DNA of 64,000 nucleotides, from positions 352,001 to 416,000 of the forward strand of contig JBBCJC010000001.1 of the NCBI GenBank assembly GCA_037189525.1, given 5' to 3'. The notes beneath the pieces were generated by a model that saw only the letters and a program-made list of their open reading frames with translations, was not told the origin of the DNA and ran no database searches. Below, piece after piece: positions 29,046 to 36,976 of the stretch. The number at the start of each line of letters is the position of its first letter. The first letter of the stretch is position 1. A program made the translations under genes and the position numbers. This stretch comes from Gemmatimonadales bacterium. GTDB lineage: Bacteria; Gemmatimonadota; Gemmatimonadetes; Gemmatimonadales; GWC2-71-9.

Positions 29046-29173
29046 GAGGCCAGCACCGCATCGAACACCCCTTGGATCCAACGGAAAACGGCCACCCCGC
29101 CGAATCATCGTCGGCGTGGCGGCCGTGGGTTGCCGGATGCCTAACCGCGGGCATCCCGGCCAATATCACGCGG

Positions 29174-29692
29174 TCAGCGTCGCCCGCCGCGGTCCCTGTC
29201 TCCTTTGGGCCGAGTCTTTTCCCGCTCGACGGCGGCGGCCTCGGCCCGGCGGATCATCTTCTCGGGGCTGATCGGATTTGCGCCCGGACGGGGGGCGCCC
29301 ATCTTGAGCGAGATCTGCCCTGCGTCGTCGGTCGAAACCGTCACCGGTCGCCCGCCGCGAACTTCGTAGACACCGAGCACTTCCTCACCGACGGTCGCAC
29401 CGGGCTTGATCCGCTCGATCAGGGCCTCCCGGTTGGCAAATCCCTCCAACGACAGGAATTTGACGCCGCTCGCCCCCTGGATCCTGATCAGGGCGGCAAA
29501 CCGGGACCCGCTCAACGCGCGGATCGACCGAAGATCCGTTCCTTTGGCCAACTCACGTGCCCACCGGGTGGCCTCCTGCTCCTGCGCCGACAACGGCTGC
29601 GCCGGCGCGGCACCGGACTCCGGTCCACGCTTCTGCTGCTTCCGCTCCTGGCTCTTACGGAGCCGTTGGAGATACTCTGGTTCGTCCGACAC
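29174..29692 (-). CDS. Hypothetical basic protein (172 aa)
   Basis: Fills the gap between co-oriented genes; GAGG SD before GTG; no family recognised. Confidence 0.65.
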   Translation of the reverse strand: MSDEPEYLQRLRKSQERKQQKRGPESGAAPAQPLSAQEQEATRWARELAKGTDLRSIRALSGSRFAALIRIQGASGVKFLSLEGFANREALIERIKPGATVGEEVLGVYEVRGGRPVTVSTDDAGQISLKMGAPRPGANPISPEKMIRRAEAAAVEREKTRPKGDRDRGGRR

Positions 29693-29796
29693 GGGGTAAT
29701 TCCTCTACCTTGTTAGTCTGGTAGGATAAGAGGACGATAGAGAGGACGAAAGGCCCGTCCGCCATCGTACCCCAGCTACCGCCGGACTTTTCGCGG

Positions 29797-31140
29797 TCAG
29801 CGAGCGTCGCCAGGCCCCTCGAGCCGCCGCACCAGTTCGCTCGACGGTTCGGGACCGCGCCGGACCTCGATTTCGGCCGCCGCACCGATCCGGAACCAGA
29901 CGGCGCCTCCCTGCGGCGCGGCCCGCAACGCCTTCGGCGTCGGGTGCAGGAACAGCCCGGTCGCATCCAGCGTATCGATGGCCACCGCGCGCTGGAGATC
30001 GCCGACCTCCCGAACCCGTCCCCCGGTCCGCGCCACCGCGTCGTCGAAATTGATCGCCACATCCGCGACGAAGGGCGCCGCGCCCGGCAGGACGACCTTG
30101 CCACCGAGCACCAGCAGGTCGTTCGCGCCCCCGGCGTTGAAGGGCAGATCATCGTACCAGGCCGCCGAAGCCCGTGCGTACCCGCCGGTCGCAATGGCAT
30201 CCAGGGCCGCGAGGATCCCGCCCACATGGAGCGCCCGCAGTCGCTGCTTCTGCGGATCGTCGGGCAGCGCGCCGCTTTCGATCAGGACCGTGCTGGTGCC
30301 CCACTGCTGCATCAGGTCGCCAAAGGCGCGCGGATTGAAGCCGTCGTCGTACTTGGCAATCCGACCCGGAATTTCCGATTCGAACGTCTTGGCGAGGGTG
30401 GCGGCGACCAAACGGGCCCGGGTGCGCACCTCGTTGTAGTTCCGCTCCGCATCGAACGGCGGGGCCAGCAGCGCAATGCCCGCCTGGCGGCCGCCCTGCC
30501 CGACCCGGCTGCGGGCGTTCTGGTCATGCAGATTGAAACCGAACTGCGGATTGAACCGGTCGCGGAAGGTCTTGAGCGTCTGCCCTTCCGGCGTGGACAG
30601 GCGACGGGCATCCCGATTGATGTCGATACCCCAGGCATTTTCCCGCTGGAACAACTCGGCGCCATCGGGGTTGAGCATGGGGATGAACGCAACGGTCAGC
30701 TGGCTCCGCAGCCGCTCCCGGAGCGAATCCCCTTCGGCTTCGGCCAGAAACCGGAAGATATCCGCCAGGGCCATCGACGCCGTCGACTCGTCGCCGTGCA
30801 TCTGCGACCACAAGAGGACTGTAGTGGGACCGGTGCCGTAGGTAATCGCCCGAATGGGGCGTCCCTGAACCGACTTGCCAATCTCCTCGGTACGGAAAAC
30901 CGGGGAGGCGAGTGACGGCTCCAGCGCCTTCCAGTAGGTTGCATGATTGAAGCGACGCCCGCTGATCGCATCGACCCGATAGCGGCCTGCCAGTTCGAGC
31001 CCGGTCTTCGCATCCATCGTCGTGGGCGGCGCCTCTGAAGCCGGGCTGGGTTTGGCCTGGTCAGAACCGCAGGAGGCCAGTCCAGGCAGCGTGACGGCGA
31101 CAGCGAGCGTGAGGCGAAGGGATCGGGCACGAAGGGGCAT
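29797..31140 (-). CDS. M14-family zinc carboxypeptidase lipoprotein
   Basis: Lipobox LASC; QMHGDES, LNPDG, DINRD, NLHDQ, LIESG. Confidence 0.88.
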   Translation of the reverse strand: MPLRARSLRLTLAVAVTLPGLASCGSDQAKPSPASEAPPTTMDAKTGLELAGRYRVDAISGRRFNHATYWKALEPSLASPVFRTEEIGKSVQGRPIRAITYGTGPTTVLLWSQMHGDESTASMALADIFRFLAEAEGDSLRERLRSQLTVAFIPMLNPDGAELFQRENAWGIDINRDARRLSTPEGQTLKTFRDRFNPQFGFNLHDQNARSRVGQGGRQAGIALLAPPFDAERNYNEVRTRARLVAATLAKTFESEIPGRIAKYDDGFNPRAFGDLMQQWGTSTVLIESGALPDDPQKQRLRALHVGGILAALDAIATGGYARASAAWYDDLPFNAGGANDLLVLGGKVVLPGAAPFVADVAINFDDAVARTGGRVREVGDLQRAVAIDTLDATGLFLHPTPKALRAAPQGGAVWFRIGAAAEIEVRRGPEPSSELVRRLEGPGDAR

Positions 31141-31329
31141 CGGCACGGGGATTCTCGCGGAAAAGGTCGGAAGGGAACGCCGGCCTAATGTGCGCCGTTC
31201 TGCCGACATGGGCAAGCGCACGCGACAGGGCCACGTCTCCCGCGGCATCCGGCGCTCGACGGACGGGTTTGTTGGGCTCCCCGAGCGACTCGACCCAGCC
31301 TGACACCGGAGCGATTTGCGCTTTCGTAC

Positions 31330-31360
31330 CACGATATATACAATCAATTGCGCAATTACA
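31330..31360 (+). promoter_or_regulatory. AT-rich promoter/operator upstream of the PTE-MBL operon
   Basis: Perfect 12-bp palindrome AATTGCGCAATT (31346-31357) just after TACAAT, a -10-like hexamer. Confidence 0.5.
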
Positions 31361-31394
31361 TGAGGGTCCGTCCCGAGACTCAATAGGGGGCACG

Positions 31395-32456
31395 GTGACG
31401 ACACGGCGGGCGTTTATTGGGGACGCGGGTCGGCTGACAGTCACGGCAGTCGCCGGCCCCGCGCTGGGGGTGTTCGAAGCCGTCAACCGGACCGCGGCGA
31501 ATCGGCGCGTCCATACCGTGACCGGCCCGGTCGATGCGCAGCAACTGGGATTTACGCTCCCGCACGAACACATCGCGGTGCGAAGCGCGGGGCTGTTCGA
31601 TGCTTGGCCGGAGCTCTTCGGCCCGCGCGCCCGATTCGTCGATCGGGTTGTCACACGACTCAAAGCCCTGCGAGCGGCGGGAGTCGCCACCATCGTCGAG
31701 GTCACACCCAGCGATCTCGGCCGTGATGTCCGCCTGCTGCGCGAGGTCTCGCGCAAATCCGGTGTTCGCATCGTCGCCTGCACCGGACACTGGCTCACGC
31801 CCTCGCCGTCGATGGCGGCGCGGTCGATGGAGGAGCTGACCGACTTCTTCGTGCTGGAACACAGCCGAGGCCTCGACGGCACCGGAATCAAACCCGGCGT
31901 GATCAAGATCGCCTCCGATCGCGAGGTCACCCCGTTCCTCGACAAAGCACTCCGGGCCGCCGCCCGGGCAGGCAAGCAGACAGGGCTTCCGGTCACGACG
32001 CACAGCCACGCCGCGAGCCGAGGAGGAGAACGGCAGGCTGAGCTCTTCGAATCGGAAGGCCTCGACCCGGGGCAAGTGTGCATCGGTCATTCGGACGAGA
32101 GCAACGATCTCGACTATCTGACCGGGCTCGCCAGGCGGGGGTATATGATCGGGATGGATCATTTCCCGGTCGGCACCCGAAGCGCCCCAGGATTGCTCAG
32201 CTGGCAGGCGCGCGCCGATACGGTGGCGCGGCTGCTCGAGGCGGGCCATGCCGACCGGCTGTTGTTGTCGAACGACTGGTTCTTCGAGCTTTCGATTGCG
32301 CCGACAGGTTCGCTGGATGCGCTGGAACGGACCAACCCGGAGGGGATGCTGTTCCTGATTCGTACGGTGCTTCCGTACCTGGCGGAACGCGGCGTGACAC
32401 CGGCACAGATCCGAACCATCACGGTCGAGAATCCGAGCCGTTTCTTTGGCCGGTGA
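31395..32456 (+). CDS. Phosphotriesterase (OPH/OpdA-like), Tat-exported
   Basis: GTG with GGGGG SD; TRRAFIG Tat signal; metal ligands HEH, K (VIKIA), TTH, IGHSD, SNDW; colinear by eye with OPH as I recall it. Confidence 0.92.
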   Translation: MTTRRAFIGDAGRLTVTAVAGPALGVFEAVNRTAANRRVHTVTGPVDAQQLGFTLPHEHIAVRSAGLFDAWPELFGPRARFVDRVVTRLKALRAAGVATIVEVTPSDLGRDVRLLREVSRKSGVRIVACTGHWLTPSPSMAARSMEELTDFFVLEHSRGLDGTGIKPGVIKIASDREVTPFLDKALRAAARAGKQTGLPVTTHSHAASRGGERQAELFESEGLDPGQVCIGHSDESNDLDYLTGLARRGYMIGMDHFPVGTRSAPGLLSWQARADTVARLLEAGHADRLLLSNDWFFELSIAPTGSLDALERTNPEGMLFLIRTVLPYLAERGVTPAQIRTITVENPSRFFGR

Positions 32457-32483
32457 CCGGACAACTTCTTTGGGAGATTCACG

Positions 32484-33437
32484 ATGAGAATCGTCGTTGC
32501 CGGAATCGCGCTGGTCCTGGCGGGTACGAGCGGCACCTCGCCATCGAGTCCGATGACACGGTCCTCCGAAGCGCAGGCGGGACACGTCCGGATTGCGGTT
32601 GGTGACATCGAGGTCGTGGCGCTCAACGACGGCACCGTCCCCTGGCCGACCCGGACGGTCCTTCCGACGGCAACCGCCGAGCAGATCGATCGGGGACTGC
32701 GCGCGGTGGGGCTCACCGACCCGGTGGGCATGACCTACAGCGGATTCCTGGTCAGGACGAAGACCCACCGCATCCTGGTCGATGTCGGCACCGGAGGGAA
32801 GTTCGACGGCATGGCCGCGTTTCGCGGCGCCGGACAGCTTTTGTCGAACCTCCGCGCAGCCGGATACGAGCCCGACCAGATCGATGAGATCTACATCTCC
32901 CATCTGGGCCCCGATCATATCGGAGCGCTCGCGAACACGACGTCCGGAGCCACCTTTCCGAACGCGAAGCTGCGGGCCGCGCGTCTCGAAGTCGCGGGAT
33001 TCATGGACGAACGCCTGCGCCACGGCCCGGATTCACTCTGGCGCCGGTTCCAGGCAGAGATGTTTGCCCCCTATATCGCTGCCGGGCGCTTCGAGCCCTT
33101 CGACGGCGATGTCGAGCTTGCCCCTGGCATCACGGCACTCGCCACGCCGGGGCATACTCCGGGTCACACGTCATACCTGGTCGAGAGCGGCGGAGAGCGG
33201 CTGCTGATCCTGGGCGATGTCCTGCATCTCAGCGCGCTCCAGTTTGCCTACCCCTCACTCCCGACACTTTTCGATGCGGATCGGACGGTGGGAGCTCAGC
33301 AACGGGAACGGATCCTCAAATTGGCAGCTGAGCAGAATTATCTAGTGGCGGGAGCGCATCTGCCGTTCCCGGGGATCGGTCGCGTCCGTGTCGACGGAAC
33401 AGGATACCGCTGGGTTCCGATCAGTTCCGCGCAGTAA
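32484..33437 (+). CDS. Exported MBL-fold hydrolase, methyl-parathion-hydrolase/OPHC2-like
   Basis: GGGAG SD, Sec signal; ILVDVG, AAGYEPDQIDEIYISHLGPDH, PGHTPGH, LGDVLH, GAHLPFPGIG...GYRWVP. The second His of HxHxDH is Gly. Confidence 0.88.
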   Translation: MRIVVAGIALVLAGTSGTSPSSPMTRSSEAQAGHVRIAVGDIEVVALNDGTVPWPTRTVLPTATAEQIDRGLRAVGLTDPVGMTYSGFLVRTKTHRILVDVGTGGKFDGMAAFRGAGQLLSNLRAAGYEPDQIDEIYISHLGPDHIGALANTTSGATFPNAKLRAARLEVAGFMDERLRHGPDSLWRRFQAEMFAPYIAAGRFEPFDGDVELAPGITALATPGHTPGHTSYLVESGGERLLILGDVLHLSALQFAYPSLPTLFDADRTVGAQQRERILKLAAEQNYLVAGAHLPFPGIGRVRVDGTGYRWVPISSAQ

Positions 33438-33519
33438 GGATTGGTCGGGATACCGGCCGGCAATCCCGGTCGTATCGGTGAGCAGACGATGGCACTACGA
33501 CTAGCTGATATGCTTGCCG

Positions 33520-33825
33520 CTACCGACTAACGCGAAGACCGGACATGAAGTTCCGCTGCGCTTCAGCGATGGTCGCATCGCGCGCGGCCTGATCTTCGAG
33601 ATCCTCGGCGGACAAACCAAGCCGGAGGGAGGCGTGGAATCGCTCGCCCGGGTGCAGGGCGGTATCGTCGGTGATCTCCGCCAATAACTCCGCAGCCCGC
33701 CGGATCTCATCAGAGCTCTGGCGAAGGACATCAACGGGGCGCGTGGCGGAAACCGGTCGGATCATCGCTCCGTACTCGATAGGGTCGAACTCCTGAACCA
33801 TCTCGAGTATCGGCAGCCCGCGCAA
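33520..33825 (-). pseudogene. Possible 3' gene fragment or small hypothetical protein
   Basis: Helical-looking ORF; the frame stays open about 45 nt past the TTG and ends in a stop inside the operator of the next cassette; no convincing start or SD. Confidence 0.35.
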
Positions 33826-33872
33826 GAACTTGAGTTCCGCGCCGATCCCGTTGCTCCTTGTCGGCTCACAAA

Positions 33873-33902
33873 ACCAAATGTATAGTTACTACTACATTTG
33901 GT
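33873..33902. promoter_or_regulatory. Operator: perfect 10-bp inverted repeat
   Basis: ACCAAATGTA-N10-TACATTTGGT immediately before the AGGAG SD of the ABC ATPase. Confidence 0.75.
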
Positions 33903-33914
33903 ATAGGAGTTATT

Positions 33915-34889
33915 GTGCCCCCTGGAAAGGAATCCGCATCGTCAGAGCTCGCCCTCGACGTGCGCGATCTGCGAATGCAGTACGGGACCAGGGATGTCCT
34001 CGCCGGCGTGTCCTTCACGGCCCGGCGCGGCGAAGTAGTCGCCTTGCTGGGTCCCAACGGCGCCGGCAAGACCACGACGATCGAAATCCTCGAAGGTTTC
34101 CGGATGCGGTCGGCCGGCCAGGTCTCCGTCCTGGGCACCGACCCGGCCAAGGCCGACGAAGCGTGGCGAGCCCGGGTCGGCGTGGTACTGCAATCGTGGC
34201 GCGACCACGGACGGTGGCGGGTCCGCGAACTCCTCAGCTATCTGGCTCGCTTCTACGCGCCGTTTGCAACGGCCACCGCGCGGCGACCTTGGAACGTGGA
34301 CGAACTCATCGAGGTCCTCGGCCTGACCGCGCATGCCGACACCAGGCTGCTGACCCTCTCCGGGGGACAACGGCGGCGCGTCGATGTCGCGATCGGCATC
34401 GTGGGCCGGCCGGAGGTCGTCTTCCTCGACGAGCCCACCGCGGGGTTCGACCCGCATGCTCGGCGCGAATTTCACGATCTGGTGCATCGCCTGTCGGACT
34501 TCGAGAACACCACCGTTCTGATTACCACCCACGACCTGGACGAAGCCGACAAGATCGCGGATCGGATCCTCGTGCTCGACCAGGGACGCATCGTCGCGGA
34601 TGGCACCGCCGACCAGTTGGCGCGAGACTTCTCGACGGCCGCCGAAGTACGCTGGATTTCCGGCGGACGCCGCCACGTTCACGCGGTGCGCGACGGAGAC
34701 CCAACGGGCTTCGTCCGCAACCTGCTGGCCAACGACGCAGCCGCCACCGAACTGGAAGTGCATCGGGCCAGCCTCGAGGATACTTACATGGCGCTGGTCC
34801 GGCGCGCCGAGTCGGCTGACGTTGCCCGCGCCGGGACGTCCGGAGTGGCACAGGACGACACTACGCAACGATCGGAAGGGCGAGCATGA
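33915..34889 (+). CDS. ABC-2 (DrrA-like) exporter ATP-binding subunit
   Basis: GPNGAGKT, LSGGQ, FLDEPT, TTHDL; GTG with AGGAG SD. Confidence 0.93.
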   Translation: MPPGKESASSELALDVRDLRMQYGTRDVLAGVSFTARRGEVVALLGPNGAGKTTTIEILEGFRMRSAGQVSVLGTDPAKADEAWRARVGVVLQSWRDHGRWRVRELLSYLARFYAPFATATARRPWNVDELIEVLGLTAHADTRLLTLSGGQRRRVDVAIGIVGRPEVVFLDEPTAGFDPHARREFHDLVHRLSDFENTTVLITTHDLDEADKIADRILVLDQGRIVADGTADQLARDFSTAAEVRWISGGRRHVHAVRDGDPTGFVRNLLANDAAATELEVHRASLEDTYMALVRRAESADVARAGTSGVAQDDTTQRSEGRA

Positions 34890-35752
34890 CCGCGCCGACG
34901 TCGTTCGACGCCCGCCGGGCTGCGGTCCGGGCGGGCTTTTCCCGCGGCTGGATCGAGACCAAGCACGGGCTGACCGAGCCCGCCTACGTGATCTCGTACC
35001 TCGCGCTCCCGGCGATCTACGCCGTCGTGCTGCTGATCATGCGCGGCCGTACCGTACCCGGCACCGACTTCGCGCTCGGCGCGATGGTGCTGTCGGGCAT
35101 CGTGGGGATGTCGGTCGTCTTCAGCGGGCTCACCGGGCCGGCAGGCACCCTGGCGGTCGACCGCGAGGACGGCACGCTCCTCCGCGCCAAAGCCACGCCG
35201 AACGGGATGACTGGCTATCTCATCGGCAAAATCGTGATGTTCGGGTTGACGACGCTCATCAGCCTCCTTCTGCTCGTCATTCCCGGCATCATGGTCGCAG
35301 GCGACCTGCTGCTCGACGCGCGGGCCTGGCTGATGCTCGCGCTGATCTTCGTGATCGGGATGGTCGCCACCGTCCCGATCGGCGTTGCCCTCGGCTCTCT
35401 GATGAAGTCGGCCGCGCAATCCGTTTTCATCGTCATCGTCTCGATGCCGCTGATCGCCTTCTCCGGTATTTTCTATCCGATCACCGCGCTGCCGACCTGG
35501 TTGCAGTGGGTGGGCCAAGCCTTCCCGTTCTACTGGCTGGGCCTGGGCACCCGTTCCGCGATGCTACCTGCGGAGATGGCGGCGATGGAGATCGGCGGGT
35601 CCTGGCGTACCGTCGAGATGTTCGTGGTGCTGGGCGTCTGGGCCGTCATCGGCCTGCTGCTCGCGCCCGTCCTGCTGCGCCGCATGGCCCGGCGTCAGTC
35701 GGGATCCACCGTGGCCGCCGCGCGGGAGCGCATCATGACCAAGGGTTATTGA
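34886..35752 (+). CDS. ABC-2 type permease
   Basis: ATGA overlap; six TM segments; DREDGTLLRAKATP, SGIFYPITALP.W. Confidence 0.92.
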   Translation: MTAPTSFDARRAAVRAGFSRGWIETKHGLTEPAYVISYLALPAIYAVVLLIMRGRTVPGTDFALGAMVLSGIVGMSVVFSGLTGPAGTLAVDREDGTLLRAKATPNGMTGYLIGKIVMFGLTTLISLLLLVIPGIMVAGDLLLDARAWLMLALIFVIGMVATVPIGVALGSLMKSAAQSVFIVIVSMPLIAFSGIFYPITALPTWLQWVGQAFPFYWLGLGTRSAMLPAEMAAMEIGGSWRTVEMFVVLGVWAVIGLLLAPVLLRRMARRQSGSTVAAARERIMTKGY

Positions 35753-35754
35753 CG

Positions 35755-35988
35755 GTGGGCGATTCCACGGATCTCGTCCACAACCGAATCGCCATGCTCC
35801 GCGCCGAGCGCGGCATCTCGCGTCGTGAGCTGGCCGACGCGCTCGGCGTACATTATCAGACCATCGGCTACATCGAGCGCGGTGAATACAGTCCTTCACT
35901 TCACCTGGCGCTCCGCATCGCGGAGTACTTCGACGTGGCCGTCGAAATCGTATTCTCCCTGCAGCCGTTTCCGCGGCTGGGGGCATAG
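35755..35988 (+). CDS. XRE-family helix-turn-helix regulator
   Basis: HNRIAMLRAERGISRRELADALGVHYQTIGYIERGEYSPSLHLALRIA; start GTG 35755 or TTG 35749. Confidence 0.92.
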   Translation: MGDSTDLVHNRIAMLRAERGISRRELADALGVHYQTIGYIERGEYSPSLHLALRIAEYFDVAVEIVFSLQPFPRLGA

Positions 35989-36085
35989 AGCAATGCCGCC
36001 GGCCCGGGCAACCGGGTTCCGGCGTCCCAAGAGAGCTTTGATTCAGGCGTAGACCCAGTCGGCCCACAAACAGCGAGGATATGCC

Positions 36086-36973
36086 GTGGCACTCGTCATC
36101 GAGAATCTGACCAAAACGTATCCCAACGGCGTCCGCGCATTGGCCGGGATCAACCTGACGATCGGCGCCGGCATGTTCGGCCTGCTGGGCCCGAACGGCG
36201 CCGGCAAGTCGTCGTTGATGCGCACCATCGCGACCCTGCAGCTTCCCGACTCGGGCAGCATCCGGTTCGGCGAGATCGACGTGCTGCAGCGTCCCGACGA
36301 CCTGCGCCGCCAGCTCGGCTACCTGCCCCAGGAGTTCGGCCTCTATCCCAATCTGTCGGCGGAACTCACGCTCGATCACTTCGCCACCATGAAGGGCGTG
36401 ATCCACCGCGGCGAGCGGCGGGATCTGGTGGCCGGGTTGCTCAATCAGACCAACCTCTACCAGGTCCGCAAAAAACACGTCGGCACTTTTTCCGGCGGGA
36501 TGAAGCAGCGGCTCGGCATTGCGATTGCCCTGGCGGGTAACCCGAAACTCCTGATCGTCGACGAGCCCACGGCCGGTCTCGATCCGACCGAGCGGCATCG
36601 GTTCCTGAGCCTCCTGGGCGACATCGGCCGCGACGTGGTCGTGATCCTGTCGACCCACATCGTCGAAGACGTCCGGGAACTCTGCAACACCATGGCGATC
36701 ATCAGCGCCGGTCGAGTCGTCCTGTCGGGAGATCCGCGCGCCGTGGTCGACGAGCTGCGCGGCCGGATCTGGCGGCGCACGGTCGCCAAGCAGGATCTCG
36801 ATGCCATCAAGGCCACCCACCACGTCATCTCGAGTCGCCTGCTCGCGGGCACTCCGGTGGTTCACGTCTACGCCGATGCCTCGCCAGGCGACGGATTCAC
36901 GCCGGTCGAGCCGGGCCTGGAAGACGTCTACTTCCATCAGCTCGACCTGGCCGGACGGCGAGAGGCGGCCTGA
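36086..36973 (+). CDS. ABC transporter ATP-binding protein
   Basis: GPNGAGKS, FSGGMKQR, IVDEPT, STHIV. Confidence 0.93.
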   Translation: MALVIENLTKTYPNGVRALAGINLTIGAGMFGLLGPNGAGKSSLMRTIATLQLPDSGSIRFGEIDVLQRPDDLRRQLGYLPQEFGLYPNLSAELTLDHFATMKGVIHRGERRDLVAGLLNQTNLYQVRKKHVGTFSGGMKQRLGIAIALAGNPKLLIVDEPTAGLDPTERHRFLSLLGDIGRDVVVILSTHIVEDVRELCNTMAIISAGRVVLSGDPRAVVDELRGRIWRRTVAKQDLDAIKATHHVISSRLLAGTPVVHVYADASPGDGFTPVEPGLEDVYFHQLDLAGRREAA

Positions 36974-36976
36974 TCG

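Noticed and set aside
31395..33437. Calling the genes opd and mpd
   Set aside because: Clearly diverged (short loop 7, altered metal motif) and no mobile-element context; pesticide activity is unproven.
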